NCBI GenBank assembly: GCA_016215325.1
Contig: JACRJV010000012.1
Location: forward strand, 1 to 57,881
From: Candidatus Uhrbacteria bacterium
GTDB taxonomy: Bacteria > Patescibacteriota > Patescibacteriia > JACRJV01
Reading direction: 5' to 3'
DNA: 57,881 nt
The notes under the pieces are model-generated. The model was not told the origin of the DNA. It saw nothing but the letters and a program-made list of their open reading frames with translations, and made no database searches. This document shows, piece after piece, positions 24,555 through 34,117 of this stretch. The stretch's first letter is position 1. Each line of letters opens with the position of its first letter. The position numbers were made by a program, and so were the translations under genes.

Positions 24555-25058
24555 ATGAAAGTCCAGGCCGTCGCAAAATTTGTACGAGTCTCGCCCAGGA
24601 AAATGAATATCATGGCTGGGTTAGTTCGGCGCAAGTCACTCGAAGCCGCACGCGAGCAATTGAGCATCCGACCGGAACGCGCCGCTCGGTTGTTATTGTC
24701 CGTATTAGATTCTGCGGCTGCGAATGCGTATGAAAATCATTCATTAGATCGATCGGCATTGATTGTGAATGCGATCGAAATTGGTCAAGGGCCCCGATTA
24801 AAGCGGTTTACGCCACGCGCTTTTGGTCGCGCTACCCCGATCCGGAAACCCACCAGCCATATCCGTGTCGTGATCGAAGGTGAAAAGACGGTTGTGAGAA
24901 CAAAAAAGGTGAAACCAACGACCGTCGCCAGCCAATCAAAAGCTTCAGAAACAGAAGAAGGGCAACGGTCAAACACAAAGGAGTCGTTGGGTCAAAAACA
25001 AGCCCCAGAGAAGAAAGGATTTTTACGCAAGGTATTTCAACGTAAATCTGGCATGTAG
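24555..25058 (+). CDS. rplV: 50S ribosomal protein L22 (C-terminal extension)
   Basis: AVAKFVRVSPRKMNIMAGLVR...GPRLKRFTPRAFGRATPIRKPTSHI. Confidence 0.95.
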   Translation: MKVQAVAKFVRVSPRKMNIMAGLVRRKSLEAAREQLSIRPERAARLLLSVLDSAAANAYENHSLDRSALIVNAIEIGQGPRLKRFTPRAFGRATPIRKPTSHIRVVIEGEKTVVRTKKVKPTTVASQSKASETEEGQRSNTKESLGQKQAPEKKGFLRKVFQRKSGM

Positions 25059-25060
25059 CT

Positions 25061-25708
25061 ATGGGACACAAAGTGAACCCCGTTGTATTTCGAACCGGCA
25101 TCCTCTGGGGATGGAAATCCAACTGGTTTTCGCATAAGAATTATGCCGTGTGGCTCAAGCACGACATTGAGATGCGTCGGATGATCACAAAAAAATTTAA
25201 AGAAGCCGGCGTTGCAGGAATCGAGATAGAGCGAACGAGCAGAATCCTTAAACTCACGATCCATGCCGCAAAGCCCGGTGTGATCATTGGTCGTGGCGGG
25301 GCAGCGTCGGAAGAATTGAAGAAAGATCTGAAGAAGAAATTTGCAGGAAATTGCGAGCTTCAACTTAATATCATCGAGGTCGCGCAGCCGGGACTCACAT
25401 CCGCGGTTGTCGTCCAGAATATGGCGGCCGATATTGAGAAGCGCATGCCCTTCCGACGCGTGATGAAACAAGTGATCGACCGTGTGCAAAAAGCCGGCGC
25501 GCAGGGAGTAAAGGTCATTATCTCTGGCCGCTTAGATGGAGCCGAAATAGCCCGGCGAGAAACGTTGGCGTGGGGCAAGATCCCGCTGCAAACATTGCGA
25601 GCAAATATCGATTACTCGCGGAGCGCGGCCTACACGACCTACGGAGCGATTGGGTTGAAGGTCTGGATATACAAAGGAGAGGTCTTCGATGAAAAAAAAC
25701 CTGCGTAA
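25061..25708 (+). CDS. rpsC: 30S ribosomal protein S3
   Basis: MGHKVNPVVFRTGI...KPGVIIGRGG...SGRLDGAEIAR. Confidence 0.96.
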   Translation: MGHKVNPVVFRTGILWGWKSNWFSHKNYAVWLKHDIEMRRMITKKFKEAGVAGIEIERTSRILKLTIHAAKPGVIIGRGGAASEELKKDLKKKFAGNCELQLNIIEVAQPGLTSAVVVQNMAADIEKRMPFRRVMKQVIDRVQKAGAQGVKVIISGRLDGAEIARRETLAWGKIPLQTLRANIDYSRSAAYTTYGAIGLKVWIYKGEVFDEKKPA

Positions 25709-25711
25709 TGT

Positions 25712-26125
25712 ATGTTACTGCCCAAGAAAGCAAAATATCGAAAGTGGCACAATCCCCCCGTCCGTTCTGGTGTTAGCTGTCGGAAGAATGATTTGAATTT
25801 TGGAGAGTTTGGTTTGAAGAGCGATTCCGCCGGGTGGGTCACAAGCCGTCAGATCGAAGCGGCCCGCCGTGCGGTCACTCGATATGTCCAACGTGGAGGG
25901 AAATTGTGGATCCGGATTTTCCCTGATCGTCCGGTAACAAAAAAGGGTTCTGAGGTGACCATGGGAGGCGGCAAGGGCGCAGTCGACCATTACATGTGCA
26001 GTGTGCGCTCGGGAACGATCCTTTTTGAAATCGATGGAGTGACCCGCGCTGTCGCCAACGAGGCGCTCACATTAGCGGCCTTTAAATTGCCGGTCAAAAC
26101 GCATATTGTCAGTCGTTCGGCGTAA
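25712..26125 (+). CDS. rplP: 50S ribosomal protein L16
   Basis: MLLPKKAKYRKWH...ARRAVTRYVQRGGKLWIRIFPD. Confidence 0.96.
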   Translation: MLLPKKAKYRKWHNPPVRSGVSCRKNDLNFGEFGLKSDSAGWVTSRQIEAARRAVTRYVQRGGKLWIRIFPDRPVTKKGSEVTMGGGKGAVDHYMCSVRSGTILFEIDGVTRAVANEALTLAAFKLPVKTHIVSRSA

Positions 26126-26131
26126 CATCTT

Positions 26132-26311
26132 ATGTCGCGTATCCCATCGCAACTCGATACACAACAGAAGCAAGAGATGCGACAGCTCGCCTCAACATTA
26201 TTGGAATTGCAATTTGAACACAAGAATCGATCGCTCAAAGATGTTACGAAATTAAAAAAGATACGACGGCAACGTGCGCAATTGTTGACGCGCGTCCGAA
26301 CCACCAAATAA
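26132..26311 (+). CDS. rpmC: 50S ribosomal protein L29
   Basis: Below the track cutoff (59 aa). My translation is MSRIPSQLDTQQKQEMRQLASTLLELQFEHKNRSLKDVTKLKKIRRQRAQLLTRVRTTK. It sits at the expected slot between L16 and S17. Confidence 0.85.
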   Translation: MSRIPSQLDTQQKQEMRQLASTLLELQFEHKNRSLKDVTKLKKIRRQRAQLLTRVRTTK

Positions 26312-26312
26312 T

Positions 26313-26558
26313 ATGAGCCGAAGAGTACTACAAGGCACGGTCGTTTCGATTGGGAATGCAAAAACATGTGTCGTTCGAGTTGACCGCACCCTTAAACATC
26401 CAAAGTATTTAAAACTTTTCCACCAGAGCAAACGGTACGCGGTGCATGACCCCAACAATCAAGCCGTTGTGGGAGGAGAAGTGGAAATCGAAGAAACGCG
26501 TCCGATCAGTAAAACGAAGAAATGGCGGTTAGTCAAAGTTTTGAATGCTGGCCAATAA
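26313..26558 (+). CDS. rpsQ: 30S ribosomal protein S17
   Basis: [27 protein letters not shown]...[12 protein letters not shown]. Confidence 0.95.
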   Translation: MSRRVLQGTVVSIGNAKTCVVRVDRTLKHPKYLKLFHQSKRYAVHDPNNQAVVGGEVEIEETRPISKTKKWRLVKVLNAGQ

Positions 26559-26563
26559 ATCGT

Positions 26564-26935
26564 ATGGTTCAACATCGCACCATGTTCGTTTCTGCCGATA
26601 ATACCGGAGCGCGTAAGCTCCAATGCATCCATGTGCTTGGAGGGTACAAAAAACGCATCGCCTATATCGGTGATATCGTAAAAGTTTCTATCAAAGAAGC
26701 ACAGCCGCAAAGCATGGTGAAGAAAGGGGAAATTTATGATGCAGTGGTCGTACGCACGAGAAAGGAGTGGAGGCGACCGAACGGGACGGCGATTCGATTC
26801 AGTGAGAATGCCGTTGTATTAGTAGATAAAAAATCAAAAGAATTAAAAGGGACTCGCGTGTTTGGGCCCGTTCCGCGGGAATTACGCGATCGCGGATTCA
26901 CAAAGTTAATTTCATTGGCACCGGAGGTTTTATGA
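26564..26935 (+). CDS. rplN: 50S ribosomal protein L14
   Basis: [28 protein letters not shown] placed the start at ATG 26564, not 26522, which overlaps S17. Confidence 0.95.
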   Translation: MVQHRTMFVSADNTGARKLQCIHVLGGYKKRIAYIGDIVKVSIKEAQPQSMVKKGEIYDAVVVRTRKEWRRPNGTAIRFSENAVVLVDKKSKELKGTRVFGPVPRELRDRGFTKLISLAPEVL

Positions 26936-27243
26936 GGATCAAGAAAGGCGACACCGTTAAGATGATGGGTGGGAAAGATCGTGGGAAGGCCGGCAAAATC
27001 ACCCGGGTGCTTGCGAGTGAAGACCGCCTCGTCGTTGAGGGCTTGAATATCGTCAAAAAGCATCGCCGACCGCGCCGCCAGGGGGAGGCGGGGCAGATTG
27101 CAGAATTTGCCCGCGCAATCCCGGCATCGCGCGTGATGTTGATTTGCCCGCAGTGTGGTAAGCCAACGCGCGTCGGAGTAGTCCGTTCAACGGACGGTTC
27201 GGCAACTCGTCGTTGTCATCATTGCCAAGCAACGTTTGCGTAA
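26932..27243 (+). CDS. rplX: 50S ribosomal protein L24 (KOW domain, C-terminal CxxC...CxxC)
   Basis: [23 protein letters not shown]...[10 protein letters not shown]...CHHC. Confidence 0.93.
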   Translation: MRIKKGDTVKMMGGKDRGKAGKITRVLASEDRLVVEGLNIVKKHRRPRRQGEAGQIAEFARAIPASRVMLICPQCGKPTRVGVVRSTDGSATRRCHHCQATFA

Positions 27244-27247
27244 CCCT

Positions 27248-27736
27248 ATGGCAGCATCCAACAATATCATGAATAAGCCGAAACTCACCAAGATCGTTTT
27301 GAATGTGGGTATTTCGTCTAAAACCAAGGATCCAAAGTTTTTAGAAACTGTTCGTGCAACACTGTCCCGCATTACCGGGCAGAAAACAGTGGATACTCTT
27401 GCCAAAAAATCGATTTCGAGTTTTAAAATCCGAGAAGGCATGGTTGTAGGCGTGATGGTCACCTTGCGCGGGCGACGGATGCAAGATTTCTTAAAAAAAT
27501 TGACACAGATTACATTGCCGCGAACGCGTGATTTTTGGGGGCTGTCGCCCAAGCATGTGGATGCACGCGGGAATTTTACCCTCGGACTCAAAGAACATTT
27601 GGCGTTCCCCGAGATCCGATCGGATGAAGTCGAGCATGTCCATGGGTTGCAGATAACGTTGGTCAGTACTGCAAAAGGGAAAGAACAGGCGTTAGCATTT
27701 TATACGTCATTGGGATTGCCGTTACTTGATTCATAA
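27248..27736 (+). CDS. rplE: 50S ribosomal protein L5
   Basis: KIVLNVGIS...[25 protein letters not shown]...LPRTRDF. Confidence 0.93.
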   Translation: MAASNNIMNKPKLTKIVLNVGISSKTKDPKFLETVRATLSRITGQKTVDTLAKKSISSFKIREGMVVGVMVTLRGRRMQDFLKKLTQITLPRTRDFWGLSPKHVDARGNFTLGLKEHLAFPEIRSDEVEHVHGLQITLVSTAKGKEQALAFYTSLGLPLLDS

Positions 27737-27747
27737 TTTTTTATTCT

Positions 27748-27933
27748 GTGGCCACCGAAGCACAAATTTCAAAATCAGCGCGAACGCCAAAATACTCCAC
27801 ACGCATTGTACGACGATGCTGGAAGTGCGGGCGACGTCAGGGATATCTTCGTCAATTCAAGCTTTGCCGAATTTGTTTCCGGGAGCTCGCAAACCGTGGT
27901 GAAATTCCTGGTGTTCGAAAATCGAGCTGGTAA
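27748..27933 (+). CDS. rpsN: 30S ribosomal protein S14, type Z (zinc-binding)
   Basis: 61 aa with a GTG start. It contains [23 protein letters not shown]. Confidence 0.93.
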   Translation: MATEAQISKSARTPKYSTRIVRRCWKCGRRQGYLRQFKLCRICFRELANRGEIPGVRKSSW

Positions 27934-27942
27934 ATACTCCCT

Positions 27943-28329
27943 ATGACCGATCCTATTGCAGACATGCTTACTCGAATACGCAACGCCGCGTTGATCCGGC
28001 AACGCCGGGTATTAGTGCCGTATTCAAGAATGAAGTTGACTATCGCCGAGATCTTGTCCCGTGAAGGATGGGCGGGCGCTGTCACCCGGACACAAGAGCC
28101 CGACATGATTGCGATCGAGCTCCTGTATGACGGGCAAGGAAAATCGGTACTCACTCACCTTAAACGATTAAGCACTCCCGGACGACGTGTGTATGTCAAA
28201 CGGTCTGCGGTTCCCAATGTGTTGAATCGTTTCGGACTTGCGATTATCTCCACGCCGCAAGGAGTGATGACGGATCGCGAAGCCCGCAAGCGCGGAGTCG
28301 GCGGCGAGCTGATCTGTGAGATTTATTAA
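27943..28329 (+). CDS. rpsH: 30S ribosomal protein S8
   Basis: MTDPIADMLTRIRNA...ISTPQGVMTDREARKRGVGGELICEIY. Confidence 0.96.
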   Translation: MTDPIADMLTRIRNAALIRQRRVLVPYSRMKLTIAEILSREGWAGAVTRTQEPDMIAIELLYDGQGKSVLTHLKRLSTPGRRVYVKRSAVPNVLNRFGLAIISTPQGVMTDREARKRGVGGELICEIY

Positions 28330-28332
28330 TCT

Positions 28333-28884
28333 ATGTCTCGTCTTGCTCGTAAACCACTTCCGATCCCCGCCGGCGTCACGGTCGCGGTCAGCGGTAGCGT
28401 TGTCTCGGTGAAGGGGCCGAAAGGGGCGCTCGAAAAAACACTTCCCGTCTCTGTGCATATTGCCGTCGACGCCAATGCTGGCGTTGCCGTGACGGTGGAC
28501 CATCCCGACCAATCAGGGGATAAAGCGTTACAAGGCCTTTGGGTGCGACTCATTCAAAATATGATTGTCGGTGTTTCCGTTGGGTTTGAGCGCGTGCTCG
28601 AAGTGGAAGGAATCGGCTATAAGGTTGTCGTGAAGGGGAAAGAGGTTGTGCTTGACATTGGCTTTAGCCATGAAGTTCCAGTGGCTCTACCCGCAGGGAT
28701 TGAGGCGGTTGCGGAGAAAAATGTATTGCGCATCCGGGGGATTGATAAAGAAGCAGTTGGAGGGTTTGCGGTATTTGTTCGCAATCTCCGTCCACCAGAA
28801 CCGTACAAGGGGAAAGGAATCCGATATCAAGGTGAAATTATTCGACGAAAAGCGGGGAAAGCCGCTAAGACGTCGGCAGGATAG
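28333..28884 (+). CDS. rplF: 50S ribosomal protein L6
   Basis: MSRLARKPLPIPAGVTV...PEPYKGKGIRYQGE. Confidence 0.95.
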   Translation: MSRLARKPLPIPAGVTVAVSGSVVSVKGPKGALEKTLPVSVHIAVDANAGVAVTVDHPDQSGDKALQGLWVRLIQNMIVGVSVGFERVLEVEGIGYKVVVKGKEVVLDIGFSHEVPVALPAGIEAVAEKNVLRIRGIDKEAVGGFAVFVRNLRPPEPYKGKGIRYQGEIIRRKAGKAAKTSAG

Positions 28885-28889
28885 CATGT

Positions 28890-29267
28890 ATGCGAAGAAC
28901 AATTCCAAAGCGCACAATTCGACATCGACGGATTCGGACGCGATTGAGTGGAACCGCTGAGTGTCCGCGATTAAGCGTGTACCGATCATTGAATGGCGTG
29001 CAACTGCAGCTTATTGACGACCAGCACGGTCGAACGATTGGTTCGGTATCGTTGCCGTCACTTGTCAAAACGAAACCTTCGGTAACGGTGCCGGATGAAT
29101 TCAAGGCAACAAAAACAGCACAAGCATTCCAATTGGGGTGGTTGCTCGCGCAGCAAGCGAAAGAACAATCTATTGAGCGTGTCGTCTTCGATCGTGGTGG
29201 ATATCAATACCATGGTCGCGTCCGAGCAGCGGCAGAAGGCGCGCGTGCCGGAGGGTTAAAATTTTAA
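28890..29267 (+). CDS. rplR: 50S ribosomal protein L18
   Basis: RHRRIRTRLSGTAECPRLSVYRSLNGVQLQLIDD...FDRGGYQYHGRVRAAAEGARAGGL. Confidence 0.95.
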   Translation: MRRTIPKRTIRHRRIRTRLSGTAECPRLSVYRSLNGVQLQLIDDQHGRTIGSVSLPSLVKTKPSVTVPDEFKATKTAQAFQLGWLLAQQAKEQSIERVVFDRGGYQYHGRVRAAAEGARAGGLKF

Positions 29268-29270
29268 AGT

Positions 29271-29807
29271 ATGACAGCAATGCAACAACAGCGCGGACGG
29301 CGGCGATCATCTGGTCGATCGCGCGATGCGCATGAACCGAAGGAATTCGAACAAAAGGTGCTTGAGGTCGCTCGCGTCACTCGTGTGACAGCGGGGGGGA
29401 AACGCATGCGTTTCCGCGCGCTTGTTGTCATCGGCGATGGCAAGGGTCGTGTGGCGGCAGCCGCTGCAAAGGGGAGCGACGTCTCGCAGGCGATTGCAAA
29501 ATCCACAGAACGCGCTCGCAAAATGCTTTGGGCGATCCCGATGACCTCTGGGACAATCCCGCACCGCGTACAGAGCAAGTATGGGAGTTCGGTGGTTCTG
29601 CTCAAACCGGCCCCGGTCGGCACTGGGATTATCGCCGGTGGCGTTGTCCGACAAGTCCTCGAAATTGCTGGTGTCGGTAATATCGTGAGTAAAATGTTGG
29701 GTTCGCACAATAAACTGAATACCGTACGCGCAACGATCAAGGCGCTGCAAGCTTTACGCACCGCTACTCCGAGTCGGCGTGTGAGCGAAGCGCAGTCCAA
29801 GGCCTAA
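29271..29807 (+). CDS. rpsE: 30S ribosomal protein S5
   Basis: VARVTRVTAGGKRMRFRALVVIGDGKGRV...AGVGNIVSKMLGSHN. Confidence 0.96.
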   Translation: MTAMQQQRGRRRSSGRSRDAHEPKEFEQKVLEVARVTRVTAGGKRMRFRALVVIGDGKGRVAAAAAKGSDVSQAIAKSTERARKMLWAIPMTSGTIPHRVQSKYGSSVVLLKPAPVGTGIIAGGVVRQVLEIAGVGNIVSKMLGSHNKLNTVRATIKALQALRTATPSRRVSEAQSKA

Positions 29808-29808
29808 T

Positions 29809-30255
29809 ATGCATACACTTCATACTCTTCAACATGCTCCAGGGGCGCGTACAAAACGGGTGCGCGTGGGCCGCGGGACCGGCAGCGGTATTGGCACCTA
29901 TAGCGGTCGCGGGATCAAAGGACAGAAAGCGCGCAGTGGGGGACGCAAGGGGCTTAAGGCCCGTGGGATGCGCGCGCTCATTTTGCGCATTCCCAAAATG
30001 CGCGGGTTCCATCGCGAGCAAGCAGCCACGCTTGAGTTATCATCGGGCAAGATAAATGCAATGCTCCAGGATGGCCAAACGCTTTCACCGCAGGTATTAA
30101 AGAGCCAAGGTTTATGGAAGCAATGGCACCAGCGAGCAAAAATATTGGGCGGTAAAGACACCTGGCAGCGGAAGAATATTACGGTGATTGGGATCGGGGT
30201 GAGTCGCTCGATTGCAAAAACGATCCGCGAATTGGGCGGAACGATAAAGAAATAG
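29809..30255 (+). CDS. rplO: 50S ribosomal protein L15 (follows S5 directly, with no L30 gene)
   Basis: RVRVGRGTGSGIGTYSGRGIKGQKARSG. There is only 1 nt between the S5 stop and the L15 start. Confidence 0.95.
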   Translation: MHTLHTLQHAPGARTKRVRVGRGTGSGIGTYSGRGIKGQKARSGGRKGLKARGMRALILRIPKMRGFHREQAATLELSSGKINAMLQDGQTLSPQVLKSQGLWKQWHQRAKILGGKDTWQRKNITVIGIGVSRSIAKTIRELGGTIKK

Positions 30256-30256
30256 T

Positions 30257-31543
30257 ATGGAGACCTTGCGTTCAATTTGGAAGCTTCGCGACTTGCGAAA
30301 TAGCCTCCTGTATGTTTTTGGAATGCTCCTGATTTTCCGTATCGCCGCACATATTCCCATCCCGGGAGTCGATGCCGCATCGCTCAATCAACTCTTTGCG
30401 ACCAACCAATTTTTTGGACTCCTCAACATTTTCTCTGGCGGGGCGCTTGAGCAATTTTCGGTGGTTGCCATGGGTGTTGCGCCCTATATTACTGCATCCA
30501 TCATCTTTCAACTGCTGGTGATGGTGATCCCTTCGTTGGAAGAGCTCCAGAAGGAAGGCGAATATGGTCGCATGAAAATCAATCAATATACGCGCTATGC
30601 CACCGTCCCATTAGCCGCATTGCAAGCTTTTGGGTTGCTTGCCCTATTGGAACAGGGTGGCCGGAGCGGAGGGGTCAAGATTTTCCAAACAGCATTGTCC
30701 CGTTGGGAGACCGCCGTGGTTGTCGTTACATTGGTAGCGGGATCGGTTTTCCTGATGTGGATCGGGGAACTGGTGAGCGAAAAACACGTTGGCAATGGGA
30801 TATCGCTACTCATCTTTGCTGGGATCTTATCGGGGCTTATAACGGGGCTTCAACAATTTTTTTCTATCTTGGACCCAAGCCAGATCCCGTCAGTGATTGC
30901 ATTTACCGTCATCGGGTTAACTACTATTATTGGGATCGTGGTGATGAACGAAGGGCAACGCAATATACCGGTTTCGTACGCTAAAATTGTTCGGGGGAAT
31001 CGGATGCTGGGTGGGGTTAATACCCACCTGCCATTGCGGGTGAGCCAAGCCGGCGTGATCCCTATTATCTTTGCGATTTCGATTATCTTGTTCCCGCCGA
31101 CGATCGCTCAATTTTTACTGACCTCCACCAATAGTGCCGTACGTTCGGCAGCCACATTTGTCCAACAGTTGTTTAACAATCAGCTCTTTTACGGTATTGC
31201 ATATTTTGTTTTAGTCTTCCTCTTTACCTATTTTTATACCGCCGTCATTTTCCAGCCTGAACAGATTGCGGAGAATTTGCAAAAACAAGGAGGATTCATC
31301 CCTGGGATTCGCCCGGGGCGGCCGACAGCAGAATATCTTCAGACTACGATCAATCGATTGATTTTGCCCGGAGCCGTCTTTTTGAGTTTGATCGCCGTGT
31401 TGCCGATCGTGGTGCAGACATGGACGGGGATCACAACGCTCACCGTTGGCGGGACGAGTATTTTGATCGTGGTTTCGGTCGTGATCGAAAGTGTCAAGCA
31501 GATCCAAGCCCAGATTACGATGCGGCAGTACGAGGGATACTAG
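30257..31543 (+). CDS. secY: Preprotein translocase subunit SecY
   Basis: 428 aa with 10 TM helices. It contains LFRIAAHIPIPGVD, FSGGALEQFSVVAMGVAPYITASII and GGFIPGIRPGRPT. Confidence 0.97.
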   Translation: METLRSIWKLRDLRNSLLYVFGMLLIFRIAAHIPIPGVDAASLNQLFATNQFFGLLNIFSGGALEQFSVVAMGVAPYITASIIFQLLVMVIPSLEELQKEGEYGRMKINQYTRYATVPLAALQAFGLLALLEQGGRSGGVKIFQTALSRWETAVVVVTLVAGSVFLMWIGELVSEKHVGNGISLLIFAGILSGLITGLQQFFSILDPSQIPSVIAFTVIGLTTIIGIVVMNEGQRNIPVSYAKIVRGNRMLGGVNTHLPLRVSQAGVIPIIFAISIILFPPTIAQFLLTSTNSAVRSAATFVQQLFNNQLFYGIAYFVLVFLFTYFYTAVIFQPEQIAENLQKQGGFIPGIRPGRPTAEYLQTTINRLILPGAVFLSLIAVLPIVVQTWTGITTLTVGGTSILIVVSVVIESVKQIQAQITMRQYEGY

Positions 31544-31547
31544 ACGA

Positions 31548-31647
31548 AAAATTTCTAATTTCTGATTTCTAATTTCCAATGATTGCTCAATGGACAATGT
31601 TCATTGGACATTCGTGAGAAATTGGATATTGGGAATTGGAAATTTTT
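31548..31647. repeat. Heptamer-phased AT-rich dyad block after secY
   Basis: aatttct aatttct gatttct aatttcc aatgatt ... aattgga tattggg aattgga aattttt. The arms AATTTCCAAT and ATTGGAAATT are inverted. Confidence 0.7.
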
Positions 31648-31696
31648 AATATAAGATGGTAGGATTGATCTTGTTGATTTCACAACGGAATGTCAT

Positions 31697-32368
31697 ATGA
31701 ATAGACCTCTCGTAATCATTTTGGGCGTTCCTGGCTCAGGCAAAGGCACGCAAGGCCGGAAGATCGCCGAGACGTTTGGCATGGCGTACTTGGCAACAGG
31801 GGATCTCGTGCGCGCGGTACGAAAGCGCGCAGGCACTGGTGATGCGTTTGCCGATCAAGTCAAAGAACGCTACGATCGCGGGCGTCCGCAACCGGATGAG
31901 GTGATTGTCAAAATTTTGCGCGATACGCTCGCTGCCCTGGATTTAAACAAGGGGATCATTCTAGATTCATTTCCGATTTCGCTGGGCCAGACCCAAGAAC
32001 TCTTTCGCATTGTCAATGATTTCCAACTCGACCGGCCGGTCGTTTTATTTTTGCAGATTGATGAATGGGAATCGGTCAAACGCATTTCCAGTCGCAAATT
32101 CTGCCCCACCTGCAGCGTGGCATTCAATCCAGGAAGTGAAGCTTATACAAAGGGTGAATGCCCGACGGACAAGAGTAAACTCATCACCCGGGCTGATGAT
32201 AATTTCCGCATCGTGCGCACGCGTATGCAGGAATATACAGCACGAATGAATCATATCCGTCAGTATTTTCAGCACAAAGGGTTGGCGGTGGATATTAATG
32301 GCGGGCAATCGATTGAACAGGTATTTGAGGAGATCCTTACAAAGTTGAAGGAAAAGGGGGTTGGATAG
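31697..32368 (+). CDS. adk: Adenylate kinase (zinc-lid type)
   Basis: ILGVPGSGKGTQG (P-loop). The lid is CPTC...CPTD. Confidence 0.95.
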   Translation: MNRPLVIILGVPGSGKGTQGRKIAETFGMAYLATGDLVRAVRKRAGTGDAFADQVKERYDRGRPQPDEVIVKILRDTLAALDLNKGIILDSFPISLGQTQELFRIVNDFQLDRPVVLFLQIDEWESVKRISSRKFCPTCSVAFNPGSEAYTKGECPTDKSKLITRADDNFRIVRTRMQEYTARMNHIRQYFQHKGLAVDINGGQSIEQVFEEILTKLKEKGVG

Positions 32369-32538
32369 GGGAGAAATACTCCATTCGTTATCAGGTCGAT
32401 CGACGCGTCTGGCTTGCCGTAGTAGTGGTGAGCCGGGCGCGTTTTGAAAGAAATGTTTTGACAGATCACAGGGGGTATGTTGCAATGATGGGCACGACGG
32501 AGTATGACATGCACATTTGACCGACAGGAGGGACTTCG

Positions 32539-33948
32539 ATGTACTCATCTTCCATCATCGTGGGGGTTCGGGATGCCAATCTCTGGACGGAATTCCAGAG
32601 CACCATTCCAACGTGGAGCTCGCAATGGGCAGTGTTCCCGACCCAAACTCTAACGTCCGGGGCGATTACTGACGCGCTTGCCAGCGGTCATGGGTCGTTC
32701 CTGATCTTGGGCAGCGAGTTTTTGGGTTGCAGCGCACTCATGGACATTATCCACGGGATCGGCATCCCGTGGATCCTCGTGGCTCCACAACTCACCAATG
32801 AGGTGATCCGGGTCGCTATGCGGTACGATGCTCGTGATGCGTTCCAGGTGCCACTATCGGATGAAGCAGCGGTGATGGAGCTGACTCGTTCCATCCAAGA
32901 CAACATTATCATGCCGAATCGGCGAGGCGTTTTGGCTTCGGATCGAGCCGGTTCCAACGGCCATCGTCGGGGCATCATCATCACCTTCATCTCTCCCTGG
33001 TGGGGAAGTGATTGCACACAGGCGATGATTAACGCTGCGGTGAGGATAAAAAGCATCTACCAGCGGTACAATCCCAACGTCGTCTTGTTGGACGGCGATC
33101 CGGCCAATGGGGATGTGGCTCTCCAACTGCGGTTGGAGCAACAATGCATGAACGAGCACGACAGCGACGGTGTGAAGATCAAGGAATTGCGGCGCAATGT
33201 GCTCGCGTTGTGTTGTCGGCACCCTGATCCCAAGACGTGGACGCCGGAGATGCTGGACACGATCACCATCCACCACAGCCTCTCGGGTCTGGACGTGATC
33301 GCGTCACCTATGGAGCCTATGGAGGTCGACCAGGCGCTGGCCCCCGAGGTATACATGCAGCTCATGAACGTCGCTCGGAAAAAGGCAGACGTCTTGTGCG
33401 TGGGGGTCCCGTGGGCGAACTGGCAGTTTGCGTTGGAGGCAGCGTACCACAGCTACAGCGTGGTCATCTGCGCTCCACAGCGCATGCCCACTTTCCCCTT
33501 CGCCCGCCAGGTTCTGCGGTTGATGCGGGCCACAAACGTTCCCATCAAGGGTCGGACCTACATCCTGCCCACATTGTGGAATGACTCGGAGGCCATGACC
33601 GGTATGAGCATGAAGGAGTACCGCCAGCAGTTTAGCGGGTGGCCGGTGGAATTCCTGGAGCCTCTCCCGGACTCTCGGGACGCAATTCTCGCCCTCAACA
33701 AGGGCAGGCCCATGGAATGCTTTGATCGGGAGAATGATATCCCGCCTGGTTGCCATGCCCCTCTCAAGAAGATCGTCGAGCGGATCCTGCGGGTGTCGTT
33801 TACGGCAGCAGAGACCAAGGCGCGGCAGATCGAAAGCGAACGGCCCTGGGGGTACACGCGCATCTTCCGTAAGGGCGTCCAGACATTGAGCGGGCGAACC
33901 ATGGCAGGGTTGCCCTGGGAACAGGGGGACGGCGAGCCGCAGCGGTAG
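32539..33948 (+). CDS. Receiver-like N-domain fused to a ParA/MinD-fold (CpaE/TadZ-like) domain with a degenerate Walker A
   Basis: Strong SD (cAGGAGGGacttcgATG). IIITFISPWWGSDCTQ occupies the position of KGGxGK[ST]. The downstream layout is ParA-like (VVLLDGDPANGD, LDVIASP, ADVLCVGVP, SVVICAPQ). GC is about 58%. Confidence 0.45.
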   Translation: MYSSSIIVGVRDANLWTEFQSTIPTWSSQWAVFPTQTLTSGAITDALASGHGSFLILGSEFLGCSALMDIIHGIGIPWILVAPQLTNEVIRVAMRYDARDAFQVPLSDEAAVMELTRSIQDNIIMPNRRGVLASDRAGSNGHRRGIIITFISPWWGSDCTQAMINAAVRIKSIYQRYNPNVVLLDGDPANGDVALQLRLEQQCMNEHDSDGVKIKELRRNVLALCCRHPDPKTWTPEMLDTITIHHSLSGLDVIASPMEPMEVDQALAPEVYMQLMNVARKKADVLCVGVPWANWQFALEAAYHSYSVVICAPQRMPTFPFARQVLRLMRATNVPIKGRTYILPTLWNDSEAMTGMSMKEYRQQFSGWPVEFLEPLPDSRDAILALNKGRPMECFDRENDIPPGCHAPLKKIVERILRVSFTAAETKARQIESERPWGYTRIFRKGVQTLSGRTMAGLPWEQGDGEPQR

Positions 33949-33957
33949 ATCGTTGCT

Positions 33958-34004
33958 GTGCCCCGCGGTCTGTTTGGGGGACAGATCGCGGGGCACACTC
34001 TTTT
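33958..34004 (+). terminator. Long-stem terminator
   Basis: GTGCCCCGCGGTCTGT-ttggggg-ACAGATCGCGGGGCAC followed by actcTTTT. Confidence 0.65.
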
Positions 34005-34117
34005 GATGTGGCAACACGGTAACAGATCTAGTATCTGCAACGCTTGGTTGACAACATATGTATACTTGTGTTAACGTATTAATACGATAGTACAACACTT
34101 CTTTTTGCCATGTTGTT

